This document shows, in pieces, positions 20,019 to 29,880 of a DNA stretch of 64,000 nucleotides. The position numbers and the translations under genes were made by a program. Source of the stretch: Treponemataceae bacterium (GTDB lineage: Bacteria > Spirochaetota > Spirochaetia > Treponematales > Rectinemataceae). Under the pieces are notes generated by a model. The model saw only the letters and a program-made list of their open reading frames with translations. It was not told where the DNA came from and did no database searches. Each line of letters opens with the position of its first letter. The first letter of the stretch is position 1. The stretch covers positions 384,001-448,000 of the forward strand of contig CAXXGJ010000006.1 in the NCBI GenBank assembly GCA_963677895.2. The letters run 5' to 3'.

Positions 20019-21367
20019 CAGAGCCCCAGTCCATTGAGCACGGCCAGGAGGGCGCCGTACTGAATCTGGACGAGATCGCGTATCGCGACGGTGCCATAGT
20101 CGAGCGCTTTTCCGATCTCGTCCATCATGGCGTCGATCTTCGCGTCCAGCGTTTTGTAAGCCTCTTCGATGACTGGATTGTATTCCTTGGCCAGCTGAGC
20201 CTTGAGCGCCCTGCGGTACATCGAAATGATGATCCCCTGATAGAAGGGAGTGATGTAGAGGGCATGGGCTTCCTGTGCCACCGTCGCTTCCTCCTCCATG
20301 ATTTCCTTGGACATCGCCCAGGCTTTTTCGCCGTCCATCCTGTTCAGCATCTGCCCAATGAAGCTGGCGGAAGCGTCGCGCAGCACGGGTTCCTCGGTGA
20401 GCAGCGCCAGAGTGTCGTCCACCACCTTTTTGGCGAAGGTCAACAGGGCGCGCGAGCGCTCGATGCCGTCTAGCACCACGGCTCCGCGCTTCTTGCCCAC
20501 GGGGCTCGTGTCGGCGATCTTGGCGGTCTTGAAATAGGGAACTTCCGCGATGAGGGTGAAAGGCTTGCTGACCGTTTCAGCGTAATCCCTCGAGGATCCG
20601 CCGCCGAACATATACTTCGCGGGATCGCCTTTGCCGAATTTTTCGAAATAATCGTACGCGTCGCTGGCGAAGTTGGTGGCGTAGACGGCGGGATAGAGCT
20701 CCTTACAATAAGGGGCCTCGGGCTCTCCAAGGGAAAGCGACAGCCCGCGTTCGGTGGGCAGGCGATGAAAGTCGGCGTAGGCCGACTCGAGCGGCCGCGA
20801 AATATAGTAATAAGCGCCGCCGAAGCCGGAATTGTGAAGCGAGTACATGACCGCCGGCCTTGTGATGTCGATGGCCTTCATGAGCGCCTTTGTCTCGGGT
20901 ATCGGCTTGTCGAATTTGAAGGTCTTGTATTCCACGGGGAAGGTCCATTCGGCCTGGTCGTCTCCCCTCGGCCTGTAGAAATCGCGGGCATAGTTCTTGA
21001 GCGTGTAGGGCCCCTTGAACCAGCCCTCGTTGCGCCTCGTGCCGTCAGGGTCGATGCAGGGAATGATGTTCCAGGTCCTCCCCTCGCGCATTTCGGGGCT
21101 GGTCGCGAGTTCGTCGAGGAGGAAATAGGCCATCATCGCGCCGATAGGTTCGTTCGGATGGGGCGAAGCGAAAAGAAGTATGGAAGTCGGGCCATTTCCC
21201 ACCGTGACCATGGGGATCTTCTCCCCGTTTTTGGATTGGCCGACATAGGTCAGGCGGCAGAAGCCGGGATTGGCCTCTGCCACATGTATCGCGTGGCCGT
21301 AAAGCTCGTCGGTTCCGTAGAATTGGGTAAAGGCGGGCACGCGGGAAAGTCTTTCGTCTATAGTCAT
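20018..21367 (-). CDS. M14-family zinc carboxypeptidase, cytoplasmic
   Basis: HPNE (HxxE), IDPDG..RN, SLHN, EVPY; no signal peptide. Confidence 0.85.
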   Translation of the reverse strand: MTIDERLSRVPAFTQFYGTDELYGHAIHVAEANPGFCRLTYVGQSKNGEKIPMVTVGNGPTSILLFASPHPNEPIGAMMAYFLLDELATSPEMREGRTWNIIPCIDPDGTRRNEGWFKGPYTLKNYARDFYRPRGDDQAEWTFPVEYKTFKFDKPIPETKALMKAIDITRPAVMYSLHNSGFGGAYYYISRPLESAYADFHRLPTERGLSLSLGEPEAPYCKELYPAVYATNFASDAYDYFEKFGKGDPAKYMFGGGSSRDYAETVSKPFTLIAEVPYFKTAKIADTSPVGKKRGAVVLDGIERSRALLTFAKKVVDDTLALLTEEPVLRDASASFIGQMLNRMDGEKAWAMSKEIMEEEATVAQEAHALYITPFYQGIIISMYRRALKAQLAKEYNPVIEEAYKTLDAKIDAMMDEIGKALDYGTVAIRDLVQIQYGALLAVLNGLGL

Positions 21368-21377
21368 GGAAGCGCTC

Positions 21378-22250
21378 CTATTTAAGCTGTTTCGAGAGTC
21401 GGGGGTCGAGCGTATCGCGCAACGCGTCGCCGATGAAGTTGAAACTCAGCACGACCAGGAAAATGCATAGTCCCGGCCAGAGAATCATGTCGGAATTGAG
21501 AAGTATGTAATCCTTGCCCTCGTTCACCATAGAGCCCCATTCGGGCGTCGGCTGCTGGACGCCGAAGCCGAGAAAGCCCAGCGCCGCGGAGGAAAGGATC
21601 GCTCCCGGAATTCCTAAGGTCGCCTGCACGATTATGGGGGTAATGGTGTTGGGCATTATGTGCCTGAATATGATGCGCGCGTCGCTGCAACCTGTCGTCT
21701 TGGCCGCCTGGATATACTCGATATTCCTGAGCGAAAGCACTTGGCCTCGCACGAGTCTGGCATAGCTGGGCCAATGCACGAGCCCCAGCACCCACATGAC
21801 ATTGAAAATGCTCGGTCCGAGTATGGCCATCACCGCGATGACGAGGATGAGGAAGGGAAAGGAATAGAACACTTCCACGAGACGCATGACGGTGAAATCC
21901 ACCCATCCGCCATAGTAGCCGGAGAGGAGTCCCAAAATTGTTCCGACAACGGCGGCCAACGTCACGACGACGATGCCGATGAGCAGGGAGATGCGCGCTC
22001 CATACGCCAGCCGCGACAGGGTGTCCCTGCCGAAATTATCGGTGCCCAGCAGATGCCCGCCGCTTCCTGCCGGCACGAAGGCGTGTTCCAGATCCATGGT
22101 ATAGGGATCGAATCGCACCAGCACCGGGGCGAATACAGCGATTACGATAAAGGCGGACAGCGCGATCAGACCGACAATGCCCAACTTATGACGGGCGAAA
22201 ACCTTGAGGAGCCGCGGCGCGCCGGAGAATATAGTGTTCCGTTTTTTCAT
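21378..22250 (-). CDS. Oligopeptide ABC transporter permease (OppC/DppC-like)
   Basis: HLLGTD.FGRD, ARLVRG, RHIMPN, PEWG, GDALRD.LDPR. Confidence 0.95.
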   Translation of the reverse strand: MKKRNTIFSGAPRLLKVFARHKLGIVGLIALSAFIVIAVFAPVLVRFDPYTMDLEHAFVPAGSGGHLLGTDNFGRDTLSRLAYGARISLLIGIVVVTLAAVVGTILGLLSGYYGGWVDFTVMRLVEVFYSFPFLILVIAVMAILGPSIFNVMWVLGLVHWPSYARLVRGQVLSLRNIEYIQAAKTTGCSDARIIFRHIMPNTITPIIVQATLGIPGAILSSAALGFLGFGVQQPTPEWGSMVNEGKDYILLNSDMILWPGLCIFLVVLSFNFIGDALRDTLDPRLSKQLK

Positions 22251-22251
22251 A

Positions 22252-23199
22252 TCAATCGTACCTGATCCTCGGATCTATGAAGACATACAGAATATCCACG
22301 ATGAGCATGACCGCCACGAAGCAGACCGCGAACACGAGCACCGTCCCCTGGATGAGCGGGAGGTCCCTGAACTTTACGGCGTTCATGGCCAGCATGCCGA
22401 GTCCGGGCAGGGAAAATATCGTCTCTATGATGACGGCGCCGCCCAGCAGCGAGCCGAACTGCATACCGAAGGTCGTAAGTATCGGAAGGAAGGCGTTCGG
22501 AAAAGCGTGTTTGAAAAGCACGCCCATTTCGCTCTGTCCCTTGGCTCTGGCCGTCCTCGCGAAATCCTGGCCCAGCGCTTCGATCATGGTGGCGCGCGTG
22601 AGCCTCGTGAGAATGCCCGCCATGCTGCTCCCCAAGGTGATCGAGGGCAGAATGAGATAGCGTATCTGTTTCAGGAAGGTCGAGTCGTAGGTGGGAAGTC
22701 CGCGTATGGGGAGCCAGCCCAGCCTTAGGCCGAAAAAGAGTATGAGGAGAAGCCCCAAATAGAACGAAGGCATCGAAACGCCTACCAGCGCTATGGCCGT
22801 GGCGGAATAATCGAAAATGGACCTGCGCCGCGCCGCGGCGAGCACTCCCAGAGGGATGGCGATGCACAGGGAGACGAGGCAGGAAAAAATGGTCAACTTG
22901 AAGGTGTTTCCGATTTTTTCGCCGATCATCTCGGCCACGGGCCGGTTGAACTGCACGGATCGCCCCATGTCGCCTTTTACGAGTTTTCCCATGTACGACA
23001 CATACTGAACATACCAGGGGCGATCGAGTCCGAGTTCAGCCTTCAGCTTCGCCACATTTTCAACGTTGACCGTTTCATTGCTCAACATGAGGCTTATCGA
23101 ATCGCCCGGGGCGAAAGAGACTAACGCGAAAACGATGAAGGAGATACCGACGAGAACCGGGATGGTCGTCAGGATCCTTCGAGCGAGGTATTTACCCAT
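22252..23199 (-). CDS. Oligopeptide ABC transporter permease (OppB/DppB-like)
   Basis: LGLDRP, GDMG.S, TARAKG, ETIF..PG.G, DPRI. Confidence 0.95.
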   Translation of the reverse strand: MGKYLARRILTTIPVLVGISFIVFALVSFAPGDSISLMLSNETVNVENVAKLKAELGLDRPWYVQYVSYMGKLVKGDMGRSVQFNRPVAEMIGEKIGNTFKLTIFSCLVSLCIAIPLGVLAAARRRSIFDYSATAIALVGVSMPSFYLGLLLILFFGLRLGWLPIRGLPTYDSTFLKQIRYLILPSITLGSSMAGILTRLTRATMIEALGQDFARTARAKGQSEMGVLFKHAFPNAFLPILTTFGMQFGSLLGGAVIIETIFSLPGLGMLAMNAVKFRDLPLIQGTVLVFAVCFVAVMLIVDILYVFIDPRIRYD

Positions 23200-23226
23200 T
23201 CTTCCTCTCCAAGCCCGAGGACCCGC

Positions 23227-23250
23227 CCCGGGCTGTCAATACAGCCCGGG
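23227..23250. terminator. Stem-loop between binding-protein and permease genes
   Basis: Perfect 10-bp stem CCCGGGCTGT-CAAT-ACAGCCCGGG. Confidence 0.65.
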
Positions 23251-23271
23251 ATCGAGCCTATGGAAGTTTTT

Positions 23272-24852
23272 CTATTTATTGAGCCAGACGTTGTTTTCCG
23301 TTGAGACGAGGGTCAAGCCGCCCCACGGAGGCACAAAGTCCACCACTTTCTTGCTTGACACCGCGTAGCTGTATTCGAAATAGAGAGGTATGCCGACAGT
23401 GTCCTTGAATACAAGGCGCTGGGCTTTCTTCCAGAGGGAAGAAAGCTCGTCGAACTTTACCTTCGTCAAGGCTTCGTCCAGGAGCTTGTTGACTTCCGGA
23501 TTGTTGTAGAAGTGCGTGTTCGCGGCTCCGATCATGCTTCCGTGGAAGAGCGAATGGAATCCGGTGGTGCCCGCGAAGCTGTAGTCGAAGAAGACGGTGG
23601 TGTTGCCTTTGAGAAGATCGTCCGCCCAGACGGCCGTGTCCTGGGTGAGCACGCTCGCGTTGATGCCCTTTTCGCGCAGCTGGGTCGCGAGAATGGTGAG
23701 CGCCTTGACCTGCGAACCGGCCAGCGTCTTGATCTCGATCTTGAAGGGTTTTCCGTTGAGATCGAGGAAACCGTCGCCGTCCTGATCCTTGAAGCCGTTG
23801 GCGGCCAGGATCTTGAGGCCTTGAGCGGGATCATAGCTCCAGAGGTCTTTCAGCGAGAGGTCATAGCCGAAGGGTACCCAGGGCGGAACCTGTCCGTAGG
23901 CGCGTTCGCCGTGGTCGCCGATGATCGCTTTGTAGGCGGTATCGATATCCAGAAGCATGGAGAGGGCTTTTCTGACGGCCGGGTTGCTGTAGGGGGCGAC
24001 TGTCGTATTGAAGCCGAGACCGCGGTACGAACCGCCGCCCGATTTCACTACGTTGAATTTGGGATTTTTCTCGAAGCTGTCGGCCATTTCGAGGTTGAAA
24101 AGATGCTTGATCACATCGATTTCGCCCGACTGGAGCGCGATAGACTGGGCCAGAGGATCGGGAATGACCACGAATTCCACCGCGTCGAGATACACGGGCA
24201 GGCGATAGAAGGCGTTTTTGACCAGGAGCAGGCCGGAGTCGGGGGAGAAGCTCTTGAATTTGTATGGCCCGCTGCCGATCGGATGTTTCGCGAAGCCGTC
24301 TTCGCCCAGCTTGTCGATGGCTTCCTTGGGAATTATGCACATGCGGCAGAGCCTGTTGGGGTCGTTGACCAGGAAGGGCTGGGGTGTCTTGGTGGTGATT
24401 TCCACGGTATAGCGATCGAGCGCCTTCACGCCGGTGATAGGGCCGAGGGTGTAGGCGGTGCTCGTCTTCTGCATGAATTCTATGGAGTAGACCACATCGT
24501 CGGCGGTGATTTCCCTGCGAGTGCCCTTCGGGAAGATCGGGTTGTCGTCATGGAAGAGAACGCCCTTCTTGATCGAGAAAACCCAGGTGAGCGGATCGGG
24601 ATTGGTCCATCCTTCGGCGAGCGAAGGTATCGGCTTGAAATCGTCCTTGCTGAGAATGAAGAGCGTGTCGAAGATGACGCTTTGGGAATCCGTGATATCG
24701 TTCGCGGCGGTCTTGTAGAGCTGGAGGCTCTGAAGGCTTGACGCGGCAACCTTCAATGTGCCGCCCGACCTCGGCGTCGCCCCGAAGGCGGCTGTAGCGC
24801 CTCCGAGAAGCAGGGCCGTCATTACGATTGCTGCAAAGGTTTTTCTGAACAA
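23272..24852 (-). CDS. Oligopeptide ABC transporter substrate-binding protein (family 5)
   Basis: TTG start after AGGAGG; signal peptide; PSLAEGW, ITADDVVYS, PIGSGPYK. Confidence 0.92.
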   Translation of the reverse strand: MFRKTFAAIVMTALLLGGATAAFGATPRSGGTLKVAASSLQSLQLYKTAANDITDSQSVIFDTLFILSKDDFKPIPSLAEGWTNPDPLTWVFSIKKGVLFHDDNPIFPKGTRREITADDVVYSIEFMQKTSTAYTLGPITGVKALDRYTVEITTKTPQPFLVNDPNRLCRMCIIPKEAIDKLGEDGFAKHPIGSGPYKFKSFSPDSGLLLVKNAFYRLPVYLDAVEFVVIPDPLAQSIALQSGEIDVIKHLFNLEMADSFEKNPKFNVVKSGGGSYRGLGFNTTVAPYSNPAVRKALSMLLDIDTAYKAIIGDHGERAYGQVPPWVPFGYDLSLKDLWSYDPAQGLKILAANGFKDQDGDGFLDLNGKPFKIEIKTLAGSQVKALTILATQLREKGINASVLTQDTAVWADDLLKGNTTVFFDYSFAGTTGFHSLFHGSMIGAANTHFYNNPEVNKLLDEALTKVKFDELSSLWKKAQRLVFKDTVGIPLYFEYSYAVSSKKVVDFVPPWGGLTLVSTENNVWLNK

Positions 24853-25163
24853 TTCGAGACCTCCTGATAGTCGATATATGCGGCGATACACACCGCGCAA
24901 AGCCCGAAGGATATACTTTGCCATTGAATAACCGAAGTGTCGGGGTCTATGCCTGACCGAATATTTATCCAACGGCTATATGCAAATCAGCATATATTTA
25001 AAGTTATGCGATTAAAGAACAAATCTTATCGAATATATTCTACCAGAAGATTCTACAATGCAATAGAAACCAAGCGAAAAGCTTATGGTTTACATCATCT
25101 ATTTTGCATTTTTATGAGGAAGGGGAAATTGTCCGAGACAGAGAAAGGACATTCGGCGGCCGC

Positions 25164-26453
25164 CTAAAATTTCGCGTGGCTGTAGCTGAAAAGATAGTCG
25201 AGATACCTCGATTTCATCTGCCTGCTTGCCAGTATCTGTTTGGCGGGGGGCAGTTTCAGGATTACGCCGAGTATAGCCGCCATCGCGCGGTGGCTGGCGA
25301 GAGCCTGGTTGTCGAAGATGAGGTTCTGCAGTTTTCCCCGCTCGATCGCCATGATGACGGTCCTGTGCGCCCCGTTGACCGGCGTGATGACGCGTTTTTC
25401 CCGCGAGACGAGCGCAATGGACTTTGTCGGGCAGGCTCTCGCGCAGAGGCCGCAGCCCAGACAGATCTCAGCGTTGAGCCGGGCCTTTTTACGTCTGGCG
25501 TTGTGGGGATCGCCGGCGCTCACGAGGCTCATCGCCTCGACGGGGCAGACCTCGGCGCACTTGCCGCAGCCGGAGCAGGCGCCAGCGTCGACGGCTGGCA
25601 GGAAATTCGTCGTGCTGATGGGGTTCAGGACGGCGAAACGCTTCGCGGCGAGCATGGCTTCGCAGCAGCAGCCGCAGCAGTTGCAGATGAACGACACCGA
25701 CTGGCGTACGTTCTCGCCGAACTGGACGAGGTTGTGCCCAACGGCCGTGTCGAGGAGATCGAGGCCTTCCTGGACGTCGACGCTGCGCGCGACGCCGTGC
25801 TTTACAAGCGATTCGGCGGCGCCGCCGAAGGTCATGCAGATTTCCAGAGGAGCCTCGCAGGCCTTCCCGAGGTGCCGCATCTTGTGGCGGCAATAGCAGG
25901 TGCCGATTCCCCGGTGGCTGGCCGTCTTTATCACCTCGCTCGCCTTTTCGTAATCCAGGACGTGGAGACAATTCTCTTCGGACAAGGATGGCTCGCTGAC
26001 GAAGACGCGGCCGAGCTGCGTCTCTCCGCCCGCGAAAAGGTTCTTTATGAAGTCTTCCTCGACGTTGAGGTACCGGTAGTACAGCTCGGCCAGCAGCCTC
26101 TGGTCGTAGCTTCCGCCGATCCGCATCATGGAAAACTCGAAGAAACCCGCCATGGGCGGCGGCATGCAGAAGATCTGCTTTCCCTCGGGATTTTCCGTGT
26201 CCAGGATCATCCCGCGATCGGCGAGGGCTTCCAGGGCTGTTCTCGCCTCATCCTCGGTCGTTTTCCAGTTTTTCGCCGCGGCCGCGGCCGTGAAAGGCCG
26301 CAGAGGGAGGAGGGCGATGCGGTCGGCTTCCTTTTCGGAGAACAGCACCGCGAGGATCTTGTAGAGGAGATCCTCGACGGGCGCGCCCTGAGGCATGAGG
26401 TTGATGTGTTCGGCGAGGTGGCTGTAACCATTCTTCAAGGTATGGTGTGCCAT
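25164..26453 (-). CDS. Cys-rich 4Fe-4S-binding protein of unknown function
   Basis: CYCR, ICNCCGCCC, and two CxxCxxCxxxCP ferredoxin motifs. Confidence 0.85.
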   Translation of the reverse strand: MAHHTLKNGYSHLAEHINLMPQGAPVEDLLYKILAVLFSEKEADRIALLPLRPFTAAAAAKNWKTTEDEARTALEALADRGMILDTENPEGKQIFCMPPPMAGFFEFSMMRIGGSYDQRLLAELYYRYLNVEEDFIKNLFAGGETQLGRVFVSEPSLSEENCLHVLDYEKASEVIKTASHRGIGTCYCRHKMRHLGKACEAPLEICMTFGGAAESLVKHGVARSVDVQEGLDLLDTAVGHNLVQFGENVRQSVSFICNCCGCCCEAMLAAKRFAVLNPISTTNFLPAVDAGACSGCGKCAEVCPVEAMSLVSAGDPHNARRKKARLNAEICLGCGLCARACPTKSIALVSREKRVITPVNGAHRTVIMAIERGKLQNLIFDNQALASHRAMAAILGVILKLPPAKQILASRQMKSRYLDYLFSYSHAKF

Positions 26454-26593
26454 GATGCCCAAACGATAGCACCCCTATATCGCGCCTGCAAGATTCGCCT
26501 GACGCCGCTCTCGACCGGCAATCCGTTATCGGGGCGAGAAACAGTTTCGTCTGACTTTTTTTGTGGTATCATTCTATGGGAGAAGGAGAGTTC

Positions 26594-27295
26594 ATGAAAA
26601 AGTTGGTGCTTTTCATATTCGTCGCGGTCATGATGGCGTCCTGCTCGACGACCAAAACCCTCGTCATGGAGATCGACAGCATCGGAAGGGATGCTGTCCC
26701 GGAGAAACGCAACTATATTTTCGTTCCGACGGATTCCAGCATAAAAACCGGCGACCTCCGTTTCGAGAAATACACGGGCTATATCGAAAAGGTCCTTTCG
26801 AGAAAAGGGTACAGGAAGGTTTCGGCCGCGGAAGACGCGAATATCATTGTCTATGTGATGTATGGCGTCGGCGAGCCGCAGGAGCATCAATATGCGTACC
26901 GCGTACCCGTGTTCGGCCTTGTCCCTTCTATACCGAAATCCCCGCCTCCTCCGCCTTACGGCCATAACCCGCCGCCGCCCTATCCGCCGTACCCGCCCAT
27001 CAGGTCATACAGTCCGACCTTTGGGATCATCGGCTCCTCGACGCATTACGAAACCTACACGACCTATTTCCGCTACTGCAAGATCGAAGCCTTCGATTTC
27101 GACTTGCTGCGGGAAAACAATGTCGAAAGGCAGCTCTGGTCCACCGTCATAACGAGCACTGGACGAGACGGCGATCTCAGGCAGATTATGCCCTATCTGA
27201 TCGCGGGAGCGGAGGACTATATCGCCACCGATACGGGCCGCAAGATAGAGATCCAGGTCGACATCGACGACGAGCAGATCCAGGAGTACCACTGA
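26594..27295 (+). CDS. Lipoprotein (DUF4136-like) with Pro-rich insert
   Basis: MKK + hydrophobic stretch + MAS-C lipobox; AGGAG RBS. The domain call is tentative. Confidence 0.7.
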   Translation: MKKLVLFIFVAVMMASCSTTKTLVMEIDSIGRDAVPEKRNYIFVPTDSSIKTGDLRFEKYTGYIEKVLSRKGYRKVSAAEDANIIVYVMYGVGEPQEHQYAYRVPVFGLVPSIPKSPPPPPYGHNPPPPYPPYPPIRSYSPTFGIIGSSTHYETYTTYFRYCKIEAFDFDLLRENNVERQLWSTVITSTGRDGDLRQIMPYLIAGAEDYIATDTGRKIEIQVDIDDEQIQEYH

Positions 27296-27313
27296 CAACA
27301 CGGATCCGCGCTC

Positions 27314-28204
27314 TCATGACTCCGGGAGATGCCTCGCCAGAAACGCCGCGATCTCCGTTCCGCGATCGATGATGACGTGCCCCTTGTCCTCCAGCACGTG
27401 GATTTCGGCCTGGGGCAGAAGCGCGGAGAGCCTGCGAGCGGTTGCCCTCGTGTCGAGAAGGGCGTCGTGGACTCCGCCGAAGTACTGGATGGGCATGGTG
27501 AGCCGCCGCAACTCGTCGTCGCTGAAGATGGGGATCGGTTCAGTGAGCGGCGTGAAGTTGGCCGTGACCAGCGCCTGGAAATCGTGGATTTCCTCCGGCA
27601 CTTCGGTATTGTAGTAGATAGCCTTGTTCATGAGCGCCCGTCCCCTTTCCCCGAGAAGCATGAAAAACATCATTTTGGGCAGGAAGCTGGATTTTTGGGC
27701 CGCGATGCCTCCTGGTACGAGAAGGGAGAGGGCGCTGACCCGCTCGGGGTAGGCTGCCGCGAAGCTCAACGCGTAGAAACCGCCGAGACTCATCCCCAGC
27801 AGCGCCGCGCTTTTCAGCCCGAGCCCGTCCAGGACCGAGCCGAGCCAGTCTGCCGGCTGGCTTGAATTGAGCGGCATCCTTACAGGCTCGCTCAAGCCCG
27901 GCTCTCCGGGAATGTCGACGCAGTACAATGAAAACGATGTCGCGAATTCCGGTATCATGCCCAGCCATGTGGCGCTGTTGGCCATGGAGCCGTGAAGCAG
28001 GATGAGCGGCGGTTTCGACGGATCGCCGCAGCCGACGATATGCGTTCTTCCCGGCGGCGTTGGGACATGGAATCTCTTCAGCGGAATTTGCGTGTACGAA
28101 TCCAAGGCCTTCCGGTAATAGCTTTCCACGGCGGCGCGCCCTTCTTCCGATTTGTAGACGCCCCGGCGCGTGGCGGCGTCTCGCGGCGCGATGCCCGATT
28201 TCAT
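27314..28204 (-). CDS. Alpha/beta-fold hydrolase
   Basis: LLHG, DIPGEPGLS, GMSLGG nucleophile elbow, HD, GH. Confidence 0.92.
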   Translation of the reverse strand: MKSGIAPRDAATRRGVYKSEEGRAAVESYYRKALDSYTQIPLKRFHVPTPPGRTHIVGCGDPSKPPLILLHGSMANSATWLGMIPEFATSFSLYCVDIPGEPGLSEPVRMPLNSSQPADWLGSVLDGLGLKSAALLGMSLGGFYALSFAAAYPERVSALSLLVPGGIAAQKSSFLPKMMFFMLLGERGRALMNKAIYYNTEVPEEIHDFQALVTANFTPLTEPIPIFSDDELRRLTMPIQYFGGVHDALLDTRATARRLSALLPQAEIHVLEDKGHVIIDRGTEIAAFLARHLPES

Positions 28205-28208
28205 GTCG

Positions 28209-28673
28209 TCATTCCTCCTTCTGGGCGGCGAGAAGATCAAAGGTGCCGAGCACGGCGGCGATGAACTTCGGACTGCCGTAGAGGACGTATTTCGCCTTCC
28301 GGATTTCGGGGTAGTAGAAGAAGTCGAAGCGCGTCTTGCCCCAGGAATTGTCCTTGCCGTTGAGCATGGCCATGAGGGAATTGGAAATCCGGCTCGCCTC
28401 CTCCGAATTCTCTTCGTCTATCTCCACCACCGCCGACACGGCGATTCTCTCCGCGAGATTAGCGGAGTCCGTTTTGTTCGTTTCCTGGCGGGGTTTTTCC
28501 TCGACGGCGAATTCGCTGTGGGCGTATTCCTTGAGTTCGTCCCGGCTGACCATCCAGGATCGGCCTATTTTGCGCGCCTTGATTTTCCCTTCGTGAATGA
28601 AACGCAGGATTGTTTTGGGGTGAAGCTTGAGGATATCCGATAAATCGGCGATGGAATACAGTTTATGTTCCAT
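28209..28673 (-). CDS. Excisionase-like (HTH_17) DNA-binding protein with C-terminal domain
   Basis: LYSIADLSDILKLHPKTILRFIHEGKIKARKIGRSW. Confidence 0.85.
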   Translation of the reverse strand: MEHKLYSIADLSDILKLHPKTILRFIHEGKIKARKIGRSWMVSRDELKEYAHSEFAVEEKPRQETNKTDSANLAERIAVSAVVEIDEENSEEASRISNSLMAMLNGKDNSWGKTRFDFFYYPEIRKAKYVLYGSPKFIAAVLGTFDLLAAQKEE

Positions 28674-28677
28674 AATG

Positions 28678-28714
28678 CTCCCTAAAATAGACAGTAATTA
28701 TCTATTATGGGGAG
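28678..28714. promoter_or_regulatory. Inverted repeat between -10 box and RBS of the HTH gene (candidate operator)
   Basis: CTCCCTAAAATAGA-N9-TCTATTATGGGGAG, 12/14 complementary; minus-strand TTGACA-N18-TAAACT immediately upstream. Confidence 0.55.
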
Positions 28715-28774
28715 TTTATGGTAATATGTTGAAAGTTGTCAAGAACTAAAAGTAATAATAAGGAACATTTCTTA

Positions 28775-29770
28775 TCAGGCCATCGCGCTTTTCCATCGGC
28801 CGAGAATTTCCTCCATCTCCCTGTTCATCGTCGGATCGGGAACTTTGAGCTCGGGGCGCGCGTCATACCAGGCCAGAGCGCGGCGTATTCCCTCGGGGAA
28901 TGAGACGGAAGGGTGGAATTCCGGCACGAATCGCCTGATCTTCGAGTTGTCGAAGAGGACGCTGACCGCCTTGTCGCCTAGAAGGCCGGCTCCCCGTTCG
29001 TGATTGATCCGGGCGATGTACTCCGAGGGGATGCGGACGAGCCTTGGCTCGACGCCTAGGGCTTCCGCGGTGATGGCGTGGATGGCGGACCAGGTCAGGT
29101 GGTCGTCGGAGGTGATGTGGAAGGCTTCCGAGAGCGCCGCCGGATTTCCCAGCAACCCGACCAGGCCCACCGCGAAATCGGAGGCGTGGGTGAGGGTCCA
29201 CAATGACTGTCCGTCGCCGGGCACGATCACTTCCTTCCCTTCCTTGAGGCGCCAGGCGAGGCCGTAGCTGCCCGATCCGAAACAGCCTGGTATCCATCCG
29301 TCGCCGTAGGTGTGCGAGGGGCGGATGATCGTATAGGGAAAGGAGCGTTCCCGCGCCTTGGTCGTCAGAATCTTTTCGCAGGCGATTTTCTGCCGCGAAT
29401 AGTCCCAGAAGGGATTTTCGAGGGGCGTCGATTCGGTGATGACGGGGCTGAGCGATGGTTTTTGATACGCCGAGCAGGTGCTTATCAGCACATACTGATC
29501 TGTAACGCCATCAAACACATCCATGTCCGCTTCTACGTGTTCGGGACGGTAAGCGAGGAACTGCACGACGCTGTCGAACCTGAGCCCCGCGATCGCCGCC
29601 TTCACGGTTTCCGGATTCCTGATATCGGCCTTGAGGACTTTTGCGCGCGCGTTTTTGCGCTCAGGCCTGCTTCCCCGGTTCAGATGGAACACTTCGAAGC
29701 CTTTTTCCAAGGCTCGCTCGCTGCAGGCCGAGGAGATGTTGCCGGTGCCACCGATAAAAAGTACGCGCAT
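28775..29770 (-). CDS. NAD-dependent epimerase/dehydratase (extended SDR)
   Basis: GGTGNIS, NRG, ST..AY, YSRQK (YxxxK), RPSHTYG. Confidence 0.9.
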   Translation of the reverse strand: MRVLFIGGTGNISSACSERALEKGFEVFHLNRGSRPERKNARAKVLKADIRNPETVKAAIAGLRFDSVVQFLAYRPEHVEADMDVFDGVTDQYVLISTCSAYQKPSLSPVITESTPLENPFWDYSRQKIACEKILTTKARERSFPYTIIRPSHTYGDGWIPGCFGSGSYGLAWRLKEGKEVIVPGDGQSLWTLTHASDFAVGLVGLLGNPAALSEAFHITSDDHLTWSAIHAITAEALGVEPRLVRIPSEYIARINHERGAGLLGDKAVSVLFDNSKIRRFVPEFHPSVSFPEGIRRALAWYDARPELKVPDPTMNREMEEILGRWKSAMA

Positions 29771-29799
29771 TGGATCACCCCTTGGGTTTCGCTTTTTTC

Positions 29800-29854
29800 T
29801 TGACAACTGACGTCTTACAACTTAAGATTATGAACAAGTACAGTGGTTTGTCAA
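29800..29854. promoter_or_regulatory. Overlapping divergent sigma70 promoters
   Basis: Plus strand TTGACA(29800)-N17-TAAGAT; minus strand TTGACA(29854)-N16-CATAAT. Confidence 0.7.
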
Positions 29855-29880
29855 GGAAGATAGCCGGACAAGGAGCGTCG

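Noticed and set aside
28209..28673. Excisionase as evidence of a prophage or ICE
   Set aside because: No integrase, att repeats, tRNA or phage genes nearby.
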